A DNA stretch of 64,000 nt from Gammaproteobacteria bacterium (GTDB taxonomy: Bacteria > Pseudomonadota > Gammaproteobacteria > UBA5335 > SLRW01). A program made the translations under genes and the position numbers. Positions 48,090 to 59,794 of this stretch are shown in pieces; the first letter of the stretch is position 1, and the number at the start of each line of letters is the position of its first letter. The notes beneath the pieces are model-generated. The model saw only the letters and a list, made by a program, of their open reading frames with translations, searched no databases and had not been told where the DNA came from. The DNA lies in NCBI GenBank assembly GCA_035638775.1, contig DASQZJ010000005.1, positions 728 through 64,727 on the forward strand, in the 5' to 3' direction.

Positions 48090-50222
48090 TTACTCGTAGG
48101 ACTCGTTCCGGGCCGCCCGCTGCCGCAGCGAGTCGGGCACCTGGAACCGCTCACCGTAGCGCGAGGCCAGCTCGTCGGTACGCTCCACGAAAGGCCCGAG
48201 CCCGTAGGCGTTGATGTACTGCAGCACACCGCCCTGAAACGGTGCAAACCCCCAGCCGAAGATACTGCCGATATTGGCGTCCGCGATGGTGGTGACCACG
48301 TTTTCGTCCATGCACCGCACCGTCTCGAGTGACTGGACGAACAGCATCCGGTCGATCATCTCCTGCTGCGGCAACTCCGCACCCTCGCGGGTGTAGAGCT
48401 CACTCAGGCGCGGCCAGAGGTGTTTCCTGCCGTCCTGCGGGTATTCGTAGAACCCCTTTCCGGCGGCCTTCCCGGGGCGGTCGTGTTCCTTGACCATCGC
48501 CTCGACCACCGCGTAGGCGGGATGCTCGGGTACTTTCTGCCCCGCCGCCTCGAGGTCCTTCTTGGTCTGCTCCCGGATGTGCATCATCAGGGACATGCTG
48601 ACCTCGTCGGACAGGGCCAGCGGTCCCACCGGCATGCCGGCCTGCAGTCCCGCCGACTCGATCGCCTGCGGGTCCTGCCCTTCCGCCAGCAGCGAGATGC
48701 CCTCCATCACGTAGGTGCTGAATACCCGCGAGGTGTAGAAGCCGCGGCTGTCGTTGACCACGATGGGGGTCTTCCTGATCTGCTTGACGAAGTCGAACGC
48801 CCGGGCGAGGGTCTCGTCGGAGGTGTCCCTGCCGCAGATGATCTCCACCAGCGGCATGCGGTCGGCCGGAGAAAAGAAGTGCAGGCCGATGAAATTCTTC
48901 GGCCTTTGCGAGGCTTCCGCGAGCCCGGTGATGGGCAGCGTCGAGGTATTGGAGGCGAAGATCGCATCCCCGCCCAGACGCTCCTCGGCCTCCTTGGTGA
49001 CCTTCCCCTTGAGCTCCCGGTCCTCGAACACCGCCTCGATCACCAGGTCGCAGCCCTCGAGGTCGTCCGGATCACCGGTCGGACGGATCCGGGCCAGCAC
49101 CTCCTTCGCCCGGGACTCGCTCATGCGGCCCTTGCTGACGCGCTTGTCCAGCAGCTTCTGGGAATAGCCCTTGCCCTGCTCGGCCTTCTCCTGCGAGACG
49201 TCCTTGAGCACCACTTCACAGCCGGCCAGGGCCGCGCAGTAGCCGATCGCGGCACCCATCATGCCGGCGCCCAGGATGCCGACCTTGCCGGCCTGCCAGG
49301 CGTCCACGCCGTCCGGACGGCTCTTGCCGGCATTGATGGCGTTGAGCTGATACCAGAAGGCACGGATCATGTTCTTGGCGACCTGGCCCGTAGCGAGGTG
49401 CGCGAAGTAGCGTGACTCGATCCGGCTGGCGGTCTCGACGTCGACCTTGCAGCCCTCGATCACGGAATTCATGATCTCCTGCGGTGCCGGGTAATTGCCG
49501 CGGGTGCGCTTCTTCAGCATCGCCGGCGCGATCGCCAGCATCTGCGCCACGCGCGGGTTGTTGGGGTCGCCGCCCGGGATCCTGAAGCCCTTCTGGTCCC
49601 ACGCCTGCACCGCTTCCGCATGGGCCTTGATCCAGGCCCGCGCCTTCTCCAGGAGATCCTCCCGGCTCGCGGCCAGCTCGTCCACGATGCCGGCGTCCAG
49701 CGCCTTCTCCGGCTTCACCCGGTTGCCCTCCATCAGGTAGGGCAGCGCCTTCTCGATGCCGAGCATGCGCGGCAGACGGACCGTGCCGCCGCCGCCCGGA
49801 AGCAGCCCCAGCGAGACCTCGGGGAAACCGAACTCGGACTTGCCGTCATTGATCGCGATGCGGTGATGGCAGGCCAGCGCCAGCTCCAGGCCGCCGCCGA
49901 GGGCCGAGCCGTTGAGCGCGGCCACCACCGGCTTGCCGAGGGTCTCGAGCTGGCGGAACGCCTGCTTGAGCTGGACGCCGCCCTGGTAGAGCTCTTCGGG
50001 GTCGTGCGCCTGGAACAGGCCGTCCAGGTCGGCACCGGCCATGAAGGTATTCTTGGCCGAGGTGATGATCACGCCGGCGAGCCCGGACTCCTTGCCCAGC
50101 TTCTCCAGCGCGTCCCGCAGCCCGTCGCCGAACTCCTGGCCGATCATGTTGGCCGAGCGGCCGGGCTGGTCCATCGTCAGCGTGACGATGTTGTCCGCGT
50201 CCTTCTCGTACTTGAAATACAT
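48090..50222 (-). CDS. Bifunctional enoyl-CoA hydratase / 3-hydroxyacyl-CoA dehydrogenase (FadB/FadJ-like)
   Basis: 710 aa. It has a crotonase domain (FMAGADL, GGGLELALACHHRIA) and a HADH domain (VGILGAGMMGAAI, NTSTL). Confidence 0.92.
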   Translation of the reverse strand: MYFKYEKDADNIVTLTMDQPGRSANMIGQEFGDGLRDALEKLGKESGLAGVIITSAKNTFMAGADLDGLFQAHDPEELYQGGVQLKQAFRQLETLGKPVVAALNGSALGGGLELALACHHRIAINDGKSEFGFPEVSLGLLPGGGGTVRLPRMLGIEKALPYLMEGNRVKPEKALDAGIVDELAASREDLLEKARAWIKAHAEAVQAWDQKGFRIPGGDPNNPRVAQMLAIAPAMLKKRTRGNYPAPQEIMNSVIEGCKVDVETASRIESRYFAHLATGQVAKNMIRAFWYQLNAINAGKSRPDGVDAWQAGKVGILGAGMMGAAIGYCAALAGCEVVLKDVSQEKAEQGKGYSQKLLDKRVSKGRMSESRAKEVLARIRPTGDPDDLEGCDLVIEAVFEDRELKGKVTKEAEERLGGDAIFASNTSTLPITGLAEASQRPKNFIGLHFFSPADRMPLVEIICGRDTSDETLARAFDFVKQIRKTPIVVNDSRGFYTSRVFSTYVMEGISLLAEGQDPQAIESAGLQAGMPVGPLALSDEVSMSLMMHIREQTKKDLEAAGQKVPEHPAYAVVEAMVKEHDRPGKAAGKGFYEYPQDGRKHLWPRLSELYTREGAELPQQEMIDRMLFVQSLETVRCMDENVVTTIADANIGSIFGWGFAPFQGGVLQYINAYGLGPFVERTDELASRYGERFQVPDSLRQRAARNESYE

Positions 50223-50302
50223 AAGCGTGCCTTTCCAGACCTGAATACGTCATCCCGGGCGGAACCCTGCCCGCCCGGGCTCCGGTGACGGCGCTTCCTG
50301 CG

Positions 50303-51511
50303 TCAGACGCGCTCGATGATGGTGGCGATCCCCATGCCGCCGCCCACGCACAGCGTGGCAAGGCCCGTCTGAAGATCCCGGCGCTCCAGCTCGTCCAGGA
50401 GCGTGCCCAGGATCATGGCACCGGTGGCGCCCAGGGGATGACCCATGGCGATCGCGCCGCCGTTGACGTTGATGATGTCGTCGTGCACGTCCAGCTCGCG
50501 CTGGAAGCGCATGACCACGGAGGCGAAGGCCTCGTTGAGCTCGACCAGGTCGATGTCCTTTATGCTCATGCCGGCCTTGTCCAGTGCCTTGCGCGAGGCC
50601 GGTGCCGGACCGGTGAGCATGATGGTCGGCTCGGTCGAGGTGATCGCCGCCGAGACGATGCGGGCACGCGGTTTCAGGCCGAGATCGCGGCCCTTCTCCT
50701 TGGTGCCCAGCAGCATCAGCGCGGCGCCGTCGACGATCCCGGAAGAGTTGCCGGCGGTGTGCACGTGGTTGATCTTCTCGACCTCCGGGTAGACTTGCAG
50801 GGCGACGTCATCGAAGCCCATGCCGCCCGGCATCTCGAAGGACGGCTTGAGTCCTCCCAGGGTCTCCGCGGTGGTGCCGGGGCGCACGTGCTCGTCATGG
50901 TCCAGCACCACCATGCCGTTGACATCCCGAACCGGAACGATGGACTTCGAGAAGTAGCCCTTGTCCCAGGCCTCGGCGGCACGCTGCTGTGAGCGCGCCG
51001 CGAACTTGTCGACATCCTCCCGGGAGAAGCCCTCGATCGTTGCGATCAGGTCGGCACCGATGCCCTGCGGCACGAAGTTCAGCTTGGCGTTGACCGCCGG
51101 ATCCATGGCCATCGGGCCGCCGTCGGAGCCCATCGGCACACGCGACATGCACTCGACGCCGCCGGCTGCGACCAGGTCTTCCCAGCCCGAGCGGACCTTC
51201 ATCGCGCACATGTTCACCGCCTCCAGGCCCGAGGCGCAAAAGCGGTTGAGCTGAACACCGGCGACCTTCTGGTCCCAGCCGGCGTAGAGGGCGCCGATCT
51301 TGGCGATGTCCGCGCCCTGGTCCCCGACCGGGGTCACGCATCCCAGCACCACGTCATCCACCTGGGAGGTGTCCAGGTCGTTGCGCTCCTGGATGGCGCG
51401 GAACACGTTCGCCGCGACGTCGACCGGCTTGACCTCGTACAGGGCACCGTCCTTCTTGCCGCGGCCGCGCGGGGTGCGGACGGCATCAAAGATGTAGGCT
51501 TCGGTGGTCAT
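50303..51511 (-). CDS. Acetyl-CoA C-acyltransferase (3-ketoacyl-CoA thiolase)
   Basis: It has [10 protein letters not shown] (the acyl-enzyme Cys), [22 protein letters not shown] and CVGGGMG. Confidence 0.93.
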   Translation of the reverse strand: MTTEAYIFDAVRTPRGRGKKDGALYEVKPVDVAANVFRAIQERNDLDTSQVDDVVLGCVTPVGDQGADIAKIGALYAGWDQKVAGVQLNRFCASGLEAVNMCAMKVRSGWEDLVAAGGVECMSRVPMGSDGGPMAMDPAVNAKLNFVPQGIGADLIATIEGFSREDVDKFAARSQQRAAEAWDKGYFSKSIVPVRDVNGMVVLDHDEHVRPGTTAETLGGLKPSFEMPGGMGFDDVALQVYPEVEKINHVHTAGNSSGIVDGAALMLLGTKEKGRDLGLKPRARIVSAAITSTEPTIMLTGPAPASRKALDKAGMSIKDIDLVELNEAFASVVMRFQRELDVHDDIINVNGGAIAMGHPLGATGAMILGTLLDELERRDLQTGLATLCVGGGMGIATIIERV

Positions 51512-51584
51512 ACTCCATTACCTCTCGAGTGAAATTGCGCAGTCGAATCCGAATCCGATTTGGCGCATACCCTTGCCCAAAACG

Positions 51585-51602
51585 GCCCCGATTACAAGGG
51601 GC
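51585..51602 (-). terminator. Weak hairpin plus short T-run between icmF and the thiolase gene (possible attenuation point)
   Basis: The minus strand reads GCCCC-TTGTAATC-GGGGC followed by CGTTTTG. The stem is only 5 bp. Confidence 0.25.
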
Positions 51603-51605
51603 GTG

Positions 51606-54600
51606 TTACATGTTCCGGCGATACTGCCCGCCCACGGCATAGAGGGCGTGGGTGATCTCGCCGAGCGAGCAGCTGCGCACCGTGTCCATCAGCTCGGCGA
51701 ACACGTTGTCCGGCCCGCGCGCGCTCGCCTGCAGCCGTGCCAGCGCCGCGTCCGAGTCATCGGCGTGCAGCGCCCGGAAGTTCTCCACCTGGGCGATCTG
51801 CTGGTGCTTCTCCTGCTCCGAGGAGCGGATCAGCTCCTGGCCGCCGTCTTCGCCCGCGTCCTCCCCCTGGCCCGCCGGCGGCAGGAAGGTGTTGACCCCG
51901 ACGATCGGCAGGCTGCCGTCGTGCTTGCAGCGCTCGTAGTACAGGCTCTCCTCCTGGATCCGCCCGCGCTGGTACATGGTCTCCATCGCACCCAGCACGC
52001 CGCCGCGCTCGGCCAGCCGCTCGAACTCGGCGTACACCGCCTCCTCCACCAGCTCGGTGAGCTCCTCGATGACGAACGAGCCCTGCCAGGGGTTCTCGTT
52101 GCGGTTGAGCCCCAGCTCCCGGTTGATGATCAGCTGGATCGCCATCGCCCGGCGCACCGAGGCCTCGGTGGGCGTGGTGATGGCCTCGTCGAAGGCGTTG
52201 GTGTGCAGGCTGTTGCAGTTGTCGAACAGCGCATACAGCGCCTGCAGCGTCGTCCGGATGTCGTTGAACTGGATCTCCTGCGCGTGCAGGCTCCGGCCCG
52301 AGGTCTGGATGTGGTACTTGAGCATCTGGCTGCGCGCGGAGGCGCCGTAGCGCTCGCGCATCGCGCGCGCCCAGATGCGCCGCGCCACCCGCCCGATCAC
52401 CGCGTACTCGGCATCCACGCCGTTGCTGAAGAAGAAGCTCAGGTTGGGCGCGAAGTCGTCGATGTCCATGCCCCGGGCCAGGTAGTACTCGACGATGGTG
52501 AAGCCGTTGGCCAGGGTGAAGGCCAGCTGGGTGACGGGGTTCGCCCCCGCCTCGGCGATGTGGTAGCCGCTGATGGACACGCTGTAGTAGTTGCGCACCC
52601 GGTGCTCGGTGAAGAACGCCTGGATGTCGCCCATCATGCGCATCGCGAAGTCGGTGGAGAAGATGCAGGTGTTCTGCGCCTGGTCCTCCTTGAGGATGTC
52701 GGCCTGCACCGTGCCGCGCACCTGGCTGAGGGTCTCGGCGCGGATGCGCGCGTAGGTCTCCCGATCCACCACCTGATCGCCGGAGACGCCCAGCAGGCCC
52801 AGGCCGAGGCCGTCGCTGCCCTCGGGCAGCTCGCCGTGATAGCGCGGGCGCTCGCATCCGGCGAAGTGCTTGTCCAGGAACGCCTCGGTCTCCTCCCAGC
52901 GCCCGCTCTCGCGCAGGTGCTTCTCCACCTGCTGGTCGATCGCCGCGTTCATGAAAAAGGCCAGGATGATCGGCGCCGGACCGTTGATGGTCATCGACAC
53001 CGAGGTGCGCGGGTCGCACAGGTCGAAGCCCGAGTAGAGCTTCTTCATGTCGTCCACGCTGGCGATCGACACCCCCGAGTTGCCCACCTTGCCGTAGACG
53101 TCGGGCCGCTCCTGCGGGTCCTCGCCGTAGAGCGTCACCGAGTCGAAGGCGGTGGACAGGCGGTTGGCCGGCTGGCCGTGGGCCAGGTAGTGGAAGCGCC
53201 GGTTGGTGCGCTCCGGCGTGCCCTCGCCGGCGAACATGCGGATCGGGTCCTCGCCGGTGCGCCGGTAGGGATACACCCCCCCGGTGTACGGATAGGCCCC
53301 CGGCAGGTTCTCCGACAGCAGGAAGGTCAGCAGCTCGCCCCAGTCGCCGGTGCGCGGCAGCGCGATCTTGGGCACCTTGAGGTGGCTCAGGGTCTCGACG
53401 TAGTTCTCGCCGGTGATCTCGCGCCCGCGCACCGTGTAACGGTAGGTCTCGGCGCGCACCCGTTCGCTGAGCTCCGGCCAGTGCCGCAGGCGCGCCAGCG
53501 CCTCGCTGTCCAGCTCCTCCAGGGCCGCGTTGTAGCGCTGGCGCAGCACCCGCGTGGCCTGCTCGGCGCCGTCTTCCTGCAGCGCCTCGGCCGCATAGCG
53601 CTCCAGCGGCCCCGGCAGGGCCGGGTCCTCGAGCAGCTGCAGGCTCTGGTAGACGCTCTGGGCCAGGCTCGCGGCCTCGGCCTGGCGCGCGATGCCCTGC
53701 TTGATCCCGCGCCCCTGCTCGGCGATCTCGGCCAGGTAGCGCTGGCGCTGCGGCGGGATCAGCGCCTGCGCCTCCGGCAGCGCGTCCTGCTCCGGCGAGA
53801 GCTTCGGGGTCCAGGCGTCCCGATCCAGCGCCAGGCGCTCGACGAGCGCCTCGCACAGGGCCACGAACAGGTGATTGACCCCGACGTCGTTGAACTGGCT
53901 GGCGATCGTCGGATAGATCGGGACCGCCTCGTCGGCGGCGTCGAAGGCCTGGCGGTTGCGCTTCCACTGCTTGCGGATGTCGCGCAGCGCGTCCCGCGAG
54001 CCGCGCTTCTCGAACTTGTTCAGCACGATCAGATCGGCATAGTCGATCATGTCGATCTTCTCGAGCTGGGTCGCGGCCCCGTAGTCGCTGGTCATCACGT
54101 ACATGGCCAGCTCCACCAGGTCCACGATCTCGGTGTCGCTCTGGCCGATGCCCGCGGTCTCCACCACGATCAGGTCGTAGCCGGCGTGGCGCAGCAGCGC
54201 GATGGAATCCAGCAGCACCTCGCTGGTGGCCAGGTGCTGGCGGCGGGTCGCCATCGAGCGCATGAACACCCGGTCGTCGTCCAGGCTGTTCATGCGGATG
54301 CGGTCCCCCAGCAGCGCCCCGCCGGTGCGCCGGCGGGTCGGGTCGATGGCCAGCACCGCGATGCGCCGCTCGGGAAAATATCCCAGGAAGCGGTTCAGCA
54401 GCTCGTCGGTGACGCTGCTCTTGCCGGAGCCGCCGGTGCCGGTGATGCCGATCACCGGGGCCGCGTTGTCCGTGCGCGCCCAGCGCTCGCGCAGCCCCTC
54501 GAGCGCGCGCGTGTCGCCCGGGTGCTCCTCCAGGAAGCTGATCATCCGCGCCACCGCCAGCGGCTCGTCCCGCGTGGCGTCCTCCGGCGCGCTGCGCCCG

Positions 54601-55064
54601 ACGCGCGCGGCCCGCGTGCGCCGCAGCATGTCCTCGATCATCCCCGGCAGCCCCAGCTCCATGCCGTCCGCCGGACTGTAGAGCCGCTCCACGCCGTAGT
54701 CCTGGAGCTCGCGGATCTCGCCGGCGGTGATGGTGCCGCCGCCACCCCCGAACACCCGGATGTGCTCCGCCCCGGCCTCGCGCAGCATGTCCACCATGTA
54801 CCGGAAGTACTCGACATGCCCACCCTGGTAGGAGCTCACCGCGATGCCGTCGGCGTCTTCCTGCAGCGCCGCCCGCACGATCTCGCGCACGCCGCGGTTG
54901 TGGCCCAGGTGGATGATCTCCGCCCCCTGGTCCTGCATCACCCGGCGCATGATGTTGATCGCAGCGTCGTGCCCGTCGAACAGCGAAGCGGCGGTGATGA
55001 AACGCAACGGCGGCTCCGACGCCGCGTCGGCGCCCGGCCGCAGGTGTCTGGCTGGCCTGCTCAT
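51606..55064 (-). CDS. icmF: Fused isobutyryl-CoA mutase IcmF (B12-binding domain + MeaB-type G-protein + mutase barrel)
   Basis: ORF trimmed to MSRPARH (ATG 55064). It has [13 protein letters not shown] (DxHxxG B12 motif), [12 protein letters not shown] (P-loop), LNKFE, and the C-terminal acyl-CoA mutase substrate domain. 1152 aa. Confidence 0.9.
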   Translation of the reverse strand: MSRPARHLRPGADAASEPPLRFITAASLFDGHDAAINIMRRVMQDQGAEIIHLGHNRGVREIVRAALQEDADGIAVSSYQGGHVEYFRYMVDMLREAGAEHIRVFGGGGGTITAGEIRELQDYGVERLYSPADGMELGLPGMIEDMLRRTRAARVGRSAPEDATRDEPLAVARMISFLEEHPGDTRALEGLRERWARTDNAAPVIGITGTGGSGKSSVTDELLNRFLGYFPERRIAVLAIDPTRRRTGGALLGDRIRMNSLDDDRVFMRSMATRRQHLATSEVLLDSIALLRHAGYDLIVVETAGIGQSDTEIVDLVELAMYVMTSDYGAATQLEKIDMIDYADLIVLNKFEKRGSRDALRDIRKQWKRNRQAFDAADEAVPIYPTIASQFNDVGVNHLFVALCEALVERLALDRDAWTPKLSPEQDALPEAQALIPPQRQRYLAEIAEQGRGIKQGIARQAEAASLAQSVYQSLQLLEDPALPGPLERYAAEALQEDGAEQATRVLRQRYNAALEELDSEALARLRHWPELSERVRAETYRYTVRGREITGENYVETLSHLKVPKIALPRTGDWGELLTFLLSENLPGAYPYTGGVYPYRRTGEDPIRMFAGEGTPERTNRRFHYLAHGQPANRLSTAFDSVTLYGEDPQERPDVYGKVGNSGVSIASVDDMKKLYSGFDLCDPRTSVSMTINGPAPIILAFFMNAAIDQQVEKHLRESGRWEETEAFLDKHFAGCERPRYHGELPEGSDGLGLGLLGVSGDQVVDRETYARIRAETLSQVRGTVQADILKEDQAQNTCIFSTDFAMRMMGDIQAFFTEHRVRNYYSVSISGYHIAEAGANPVTQLAFTLANGFTIVEYYLARGMDIDDFAPNLSFFFSNGVDAEYAVIGRVARRIWARAMRERYGASARSQMLKYHIQTSGRSLHAQEIQFNDIRTTLQALYALFDNCNSLHTNAFDEAITTPTEASVRRAMAIQLIINRELGLNRNENPWQGSFVIEELTELVEEAVYAEFERLAERGGVLGAMETMYQRGRIQEESLYYERCKHDGSLPIVGVNTFLPPAGQGEDAGEDGGQELIRSSEQEKHQQIAQVENFRALHADDSDAALARLQASARGPDNVFAELMDTVRSCSLGEITHALYAVGGQYRRNM

Positions 55065-55128
55065 ATGCGACCCCTGGTCGCGGCGCCGCCGCCGGGCCGG
55101 GCGGCCCGGCGGCGAACCCCGGTTTGTC

Positions 55129-55899
55129 TCAGCGGGCACCCATGCGGATCGCGCCGTCCAGGCGGATGACCTCGCCGTTGAGCATGGAGTTCTCCATGAT
55201 CTGCCGGGCCAGCGAGGCGAACTCGGCCGGCTGGCCGAAACGCGACGGGAACGGGATCTGCTTCGCCAGCGACTCGCGCACGTTGTCCGGCGCGGCCATC
55301 ATCATGGGCGTATCGAAGATCCCCGGCGCGATCGTGCATACCCGTATCCCGTAGCGGGCGATATCACGCGCGATCGGCAGCGTCATGCCCACGATCCCCG
55401 CCTTCGACGCCGAGTAGGCGGCCTGGCCGACCTGGCCGTCGAAGGCAGCGACCGACGCTGTATTGATTATAACGCCGCGCTCGCCGTCATCCGTAACCGG
55501 TTCGCACGCGGCCATGGCCTCCACGGCCAGCCGGATGACGTTGAAGGTGCCGATCAGGTTGACGTTGATCACCCGGGTGAACTGGTCCAGGGGGTACGGG
55601 CCTTCCTTGCCCAGAATCTTGGCGGCGCCGCCGATGCCCGCGCAGTTGACCGCGCCCTGAAGACCGCCGTAGGTGTCCACCGCGAGCTTCACCGCACCGC
55701 GTACACTGTCCTCGCTGGTGACGTCGACCTCGGCGAAGCGCACGCTGTCGCCCAGCTCCTTGGCCAGCGCCTCTCCCTTGTCCTTCTGGATATCCGCAAT
55801 CACGGCGTTGCCGCCGTTCTCCGCGATGCTGCGCACGGTGGCACCGCCGAGCCCGGAAGCCCCGCCGGTGACCACGAAAGTCTTGCCCTTGATCTGCAT
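55129..55899 (-). CDS. SDR, HSD17B10-type 3-hydroxyacyl-CoA / 3-hydroxy-2-methylbutyryl-CoA dehydrogenase
   Basis: It has [17 protein letters not shown] and [12 protein letters not shown]. It ends DGAIRM, as type-2 HADH enzymes do. Confidence 0.82.
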   Translation of the reverse strand: MQIKGKTFVVTGGASGLGGATVRSIAENGGNAVIADIQKDKGEALAKELGDSVRFAEVDVTSEDSVRGAVKLAVDTYGGLQGAVNCAGIGGAAKILGKEGPYPLDQFTRVINVNLIGTFNVIRLAVEAMAACEPVTDDGERGVIINTASVAAFDGQVGQAAYSASKAGIVGMTLPIARDIARYGIRVCTIAPGIFDTPMMMAAPDNVRESLAKQIPFPSRFGQPAEFASLARQIMENSMLNGEVIRLDGAIRMGAR

Positions 55900-55909
55900 T
55901 CATACCTCC

Positions 55910-57544
55910 TCAGCTTGTAGACGCCTGGCGCCCCTGTTTCAGATCTCCCTGCTCGTACTGCTTACGCAGGGTCAGCTTGCTGAACTTTCCGGTGGATGTG
56001 CGCGGAATCTCGGCCACGAACGCGTAGTCGTCCGGCAGCATCCACTTGGCGAACCTGTCCTTGAGAAAATCCCGGAGCTCGTCCGGCGTAACCTCCGCCC
56101 CGGACTTCTTCACCACCACGGCCAGCGGCCGCTCGTCCCATTTGGGATGGGGGATCGCGATAACGGCGGCCTCGGCGACCGCCGGGTGTCCCATGATCGC
56201 GTTCTCCAGGTCCACCGAGCTGATCCATTCCCCGCCGGACTTGATCAGGTCCTTGGTGCGGTCGGTGATCTTGATGTAGCCGTAGCGGTCGATGGTGGCC
56301 ACGTCGCCGGTGCGCAGCCAGCCGTCCGGCGTGAACTTGTCCCCGCCCACCCCCGGGCCGTAGTAGCTGCCCGTGATCCAGGGACCGCGCACCTGGAGCT
56401 CGCCCATGGTCTCGCCGTCCCACGGAGCGACGCCCTCGTCGCCCATGATGCGAACGTCCACCAGGGGCACCGGCACGCCCGCCTTCGCACGGTAGTGCAG
56501 CTGCTCTTCCTCCGGCATCTCGGCGATCTCCGGGCGGGTCTTGCTCACCGAGGCGAGCGGCGAGGTCTCGGTCATGCCCCAGCCCTGGTAAACCTCCATG
56601 CCGTAGGCCCGGAAGCGGCGGATCATCGATTCGGGCACGGCCGAGCCGCCCACGGTCATGCGCATGTTCTCCAGCTGCCAGCGCCCGGGCTCGGCGTCCA
56701 GGGCCTCCAGGATGCCGAGCCAGATGGTCGGCACGCCGGCGCTGAGCGTCACCCGCTCCTGCTCGTAGAGGTCGAGCAGGCTCTCCGCGTCCAGGTGGGG
56801 CCCCGGGAATACCTGCCGTGCCCCGATCATGGTGGCACTGTAGGGCATGCCCCAGGCGTTGGCATGGAACATGGGCACCACCGGCAGCGCCGTGTCCTGG
56901 TAGGAGAGCGCCGTAGCGTCCGTGAGCGCGCTGCCCAGCGCGTGCAGCACCGTGGAGCGGTGGGAGTACACCACGCCCTTGGGCCGCCCGGTGGTCCCGG
57001 ACGTGTAGCACATCCCGCAGGGATCGTCCTCGCCCTTGTCCGGATAGTCGAAATCAGCCGGAGCACCGGCGAGGAAATCCTCGTAACTCTCGGTTCCCTC
57101 CGGCAGTGACTCGCCTGCCAGCGGCACCACCAGGACCCGTTCGAATTCGACCCGGTCCCGGAACTGCTGGTAGAGCGGCAGCAGCACGTCGTCGACGATC
57201 AGGAACCGGTCCCCGGCGTGATTGCAGATGTAGTCGAGGTCGGCGGGCGACAGGCGCAGGTTGAGCGTGTGCATCACGCCGCCGGCCACCGGGATGCCGA
57301 AATAGGCCTCCAGGTGCGCGTAGTGATTCCACATCAGGGTCGCCACGCGGTCGCCCCGCTGCATGCCCGCATCGAGAAGCGCCCCGGCCAGGGCCCGCGA
57401 GCGCCGGTAGAAATCCGCATACGTATGACGATGCAGGGACTTGTCGGGGAGGCGGGAGACTATCTCGACTTCCGGGAAGATCCGTCCCGCGCGCTCGAGC
57501 ACATGATCGAGCGTCAGCGGGTAATGCATCATCGTCGATCGCAT
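55910..57544 (-). CDS. Acyl-CoA synthetase (AMP-forming fatty-acid--CoA ligase)
   Basis: ORF trimmed to [10 protein letters not shown] (GAGGAGG Shine-Dalgarno). It has [21 protein letters not shown] and KSGGEWIS. Confidence 0.9.
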   Translation of the reverse strand: MRSTMMHYPLTLDHVLERAGRIFPEVEIVSRLPDKSLHRHTYADFYRRSRALAGALLDAGMQRGDRVATLMWNHYAHLEAYFGIPVAGGVMHTLNLRLSPADLDYICNHAGDRFLIVDDVLLPLYQQFRDRVEFERVLVVPLAGESLPEGTESYEDFLAGAPADFDYPDKGEDDPCGMCYTSGTTGRPKGVVYSHRSTVLHALGSALTDATALSYQDTALPVVPMFHANAWGMPYSATMIGARQVFPGPHLDAESLLDLYEQERVTLSAGVPTIWLGILEALDAEPGRWQLENMRMTVGGSAVPESMIRRFRAYGMEVYQGWGMTETSPLASVSKTRPEIAEMPEEEQLHYRAKAGVPVPLVDVRIMGDEGVAPWDGETMGELQVRGPWITGSYYGPGVGGDKFTPDGWLRTGDVATIDRYGYIKITDRTKDLIKSGGEWISSVDLENAIMGHPAVAEAAVIAIPHPKWDERPLAVVVKKSGAEVTPDELRDFLKDRFAKWMLPDDYAFVAEIPRTSTGKFSKLTLRKQYEQGDLKQGRQASTS

Positions 57545-57601
57545 GACGACCTCCTCGCGAGGGCTGAAAGCAGCTCGGGATGTTTGGATGGCGTTTTCGA
57601 G

Positions 57602-57618
57602 CAAGCGCTTGGTATACT
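57602..57618. promoter_or_regulatory. 10-bp palindrome CAAGCGCTTG abutting a TATACT -10-like hexamer (candidate TetR operator/promoter)
   Basis: Read directly in the 96-nt divergent region between the ligase and TetR genes. Confidence 0.3.
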
Positions 57619-57640
57619 GGGCTGCGTGACTATAGCCGAC

Positions 57641-58204
57641 GTGGATAATCGACGCAACACACTGATCCGAGAGGCCTCTAGGCTTTTCCGGGACAAGGGT
57701 TACGACCGCACGACGGTGCGTGACATCGCCCGGGCCGTGGGCCTCCAGTCCGGCAGTATTTTCTATCACTTCCGGAACAAGGAGGAAATCCTCCAGGCGG
57801 TGATGGAAAACAGCATCCGCCGGATCATCGAAGCGGCCCGCGCCGCCCTCGACGGCGTCGTCAGCCCGCGCGAGCGACTCACGGTGCTGACCCGCTCGCA
57901 CCTGGAAATCCTGCTCGGCGGCACCCAGGATGACATGTTCGTGCTGCTGTACGAATGGCGCAGCCTGCCCGGCGCCCTGCGGCGCCCGCTGTTGGAGCTG
58001 CGCGCGGCCTACGAGCGGATCTGGCGCGAGGTGGTCACCGCCGCCTGCGAGGAAGGCCTGCTGCGCGGCGAGCCGGCCCTGACTGCGCGCCTGATGCTCG
58101 GGACGCTCAACTGGACCGTGCAATGGTACCAGCCGGGCGGGGGTCTCACGCCGTCCCAGCTCGGCGACCGGGTGCTCGACATGCTGCTTCACGACGGCGA
58201 CTGA
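57641..58204 (+). CDS. TetR/AcrR-family transcriptional regulator
   Basis: It has the HTH TTVRDIARAVGLQSGSIFYHFRNKEEIL. I chose the GTG at 57641; an in-frame GTG at 57626 is an alternative. It is divergent from the ligase-IcmF operon. Confidence 0.85.
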   Translation: MDNRRNTLIREASRLFRDKGYDRTTVRDIARAVGLQSGSIFYHFRNKEEILQAVMENSIRRIIEAARAALDGVVSPRERLTVLTRSHLEILLGGTQDDMFVLLYEWRSLPGALRRPLLELRAAYERIWREVVTAACEEGLLRGEPALTARLMLGTLNWTVQWYQPGGGLTPSQLGDRVLDMLLHDGD

Positions 58205-58215
58205 GCGCCGTCCGG

Positions 58216-59202
58216 CTAGTGCCCGGCGACCTTCAGGACGATCTTTCCCGCGTGCCGATTGGCCTCCATGTGAGCATGTGCAGCCGCCGCCTCTGCCAGC
58301 GGGAACACGCGGTCGACCACCGGCTTCAGACGCCCCTCCGCCAGCAGCGGCACCAGCCGTTCCTCGCTGATCCGCGCCAGCCGGATGCGGGTCTCCTGCG
58401 GCTGGCTGCGCATGGTCATGGCGCGGATCGTCTGCCGGCGCATGAGCAGCCTGCCCAGATTGAGTTCTTCGCGGATCCCGCCGAGCAGGCCGACGAGCAC
58501 CAGGGTGCCCTCATCCCGCAACGCATCGAGCGCGTCGGCCAGGTGTCCGCCGACCAGGTCCAGGCAGACGGAGGCGCGCCGCCCGCCGGATCGTTCGCGG
58601 ACCAGCTCGGCCAGGGAGCCCTCGCCTTCCACGTAGCCCGCCTGCATGCCGTGGGCGTGCAGCGGCACCAACCGCTCCCGGGAGCGGCTGGTGCCGATCC
58701 CGTAGGCGCCCAGCGCGTGAATCAGCTGCAGCGCCGAGATCCCCACGCCGGAGGTCGCCGCGCGCACCAGCGCCCAGTGCCCCGGCTGCAGCCCCCCTTC
58801 CAGGAACAGGGCCCGGTAGGCGGTCATGTAGGTCTCGGGAAAGGCCGCTGCCGCGACGCTGTCGATCCCCTCCGGCACCAGCTGGGTCTCGCGCTCGTGC
58901 ACGATCAGGTACTCGGCATAGGCGGCGCCGCCGACCAGGCCCATGACCCGCTCGCCCGGTTTGCGCAGGGTGGCACGGGGGCCGGCCGCCTCGATGGTGC
59001 CGGCGTACTCGAGCCCGGGGACATCGGGATCGATCGCGGGCGGCGGCGGATACATTCCCCGACGCTGCAGGACGTCGGCGCGGTTGACGCCCGCGGCCTC
59101 GACCCGCACCAGCACTTCCGCGCCGCCGGGCTCCGGCACCGGACGGTCCCGGATTTCCAGCACCTCCGGCTCGCCCGCGGAAGTGATCACGCTCGCGCGC
59201 AT
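58216..59202 (-). CDS. NAD(P)H:quinone oxidoreductase, MDR superfamily (PIG3/Qor-like)
   Basis: 328 aa, with VRVEAAGVNRADVLQRRGMYPPPP and RAATSGVGISALQL. Confidence 0.85.
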   Translation of the reverse strand: MRASVITSAGEPEVLEIRDRPVPEPGGAEVLVRVEAAGVNRADVLQRRGMYPPPPAIDPDVPGLEYAGTIEAAGPRATLRKPGERVMGLVGGAAYAEYLIVHERETQLVPEGIDSVAAAAFPETYMTAYRALFLEGGLQPGHWALVRAATSGVGISALQLIHALGAYGIGTSRSRERLVPLHAHGMQAGYVEGEGSLAELVRERSGGRRASVCLDLVGGHLADALDALRDEGTLVLVGLLGGIREELNLGRLLMRRQTIRAMTMRSQPQETRIRLARISEERLVPLLAEGRLKPVVDRVFPLAEAAAAHAHMEANRHAGKIVLKVAGH

Positions 59203-59366
59203 GGCTGTGCTCCCTGTCGATGGTGGGGATTATTGCGGAGGACCCTCCGTCGCCACTATAGGGAAGGCAGCGGTCGCTGTCAGCCGGCCGCGTTGCGCGG
59301 CGCGCCGGAATCCCCCATGCTTGCGGCCGCGCGAGCAGCCACAAGAACGCGAGGAGAGATCGACGC

Positions 59367-59738
59367 ATGATCGCCCGGCACATCGCTTTGATCCTGTACG
59401 TGAGCGGCGCCGTCACGCTGCTCCCGGTGATCCAGTACCTCCTGCCCCGGCGGGCCCTCAAAGGGCTGGCCGGGCTGGAGCTGAGCGAGCCGGGCGGGCT
59501 GTTCTTCGCCACCCACTGGGGCGCGCTGGTCTTCGTGACGGGGATGCTGCTCATCTGGGCCGGGCACGTGCCCGCGCTGCGCGCGGCGGTGGTCCTGGCC
59601 GCGCTGGTGGAGAAGGCGGCCCTGGTGCACCTGGTCTATCGCTATCGCCGCCAGCCGTTCGCGAAGAAGCTGGCGGGGGCGGCGGTCTTCGACGGGGCCT
59701 GCGTGATCGTGTACGGGCTGTACCTGCTGGGGTTCTGA
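59367..59738 (+). CDS. Small integral membrane protein (about four TM helices), unknown function
   Basis: 123 aa with four hydrophobic stretches ([63 protein letters not shown]). Confidence 0.6.
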   Translation: MIARHIALILYVSGAVTLLPVIQYLLPRRALKGLAGLELSEPGGLFFATHWGALVFVTGMLLIWAGHVPALRAAVVLAALVEKAALVHLVYRYRRQPFAKKLAGAAVFDGACVIVYGLYLLGF

Positions 59739-59794
59739 GCCCGGCGCGGTCGCAACGCTTGCGCCCCCCGCGAACGCCGGGGCATAGTCGGACG

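Noticed and set aside
51547-51558. Tandem gaatcc-gaatcc and other short repeats, checked as possible CRISPR/VNTR
   Set aside because: There are only two 6-nt units. No repeat-spacer periodicity was seen anywhere in the window.
51504-55169. 1221-aa plus-strand ORF antisense to icmF
   Set aside because: It is the same codon-aligned antisense artefact, with a low-complexity Arg/Ala/Leu/Gly composition. The minus-strand protein is unmistakably IcmF.
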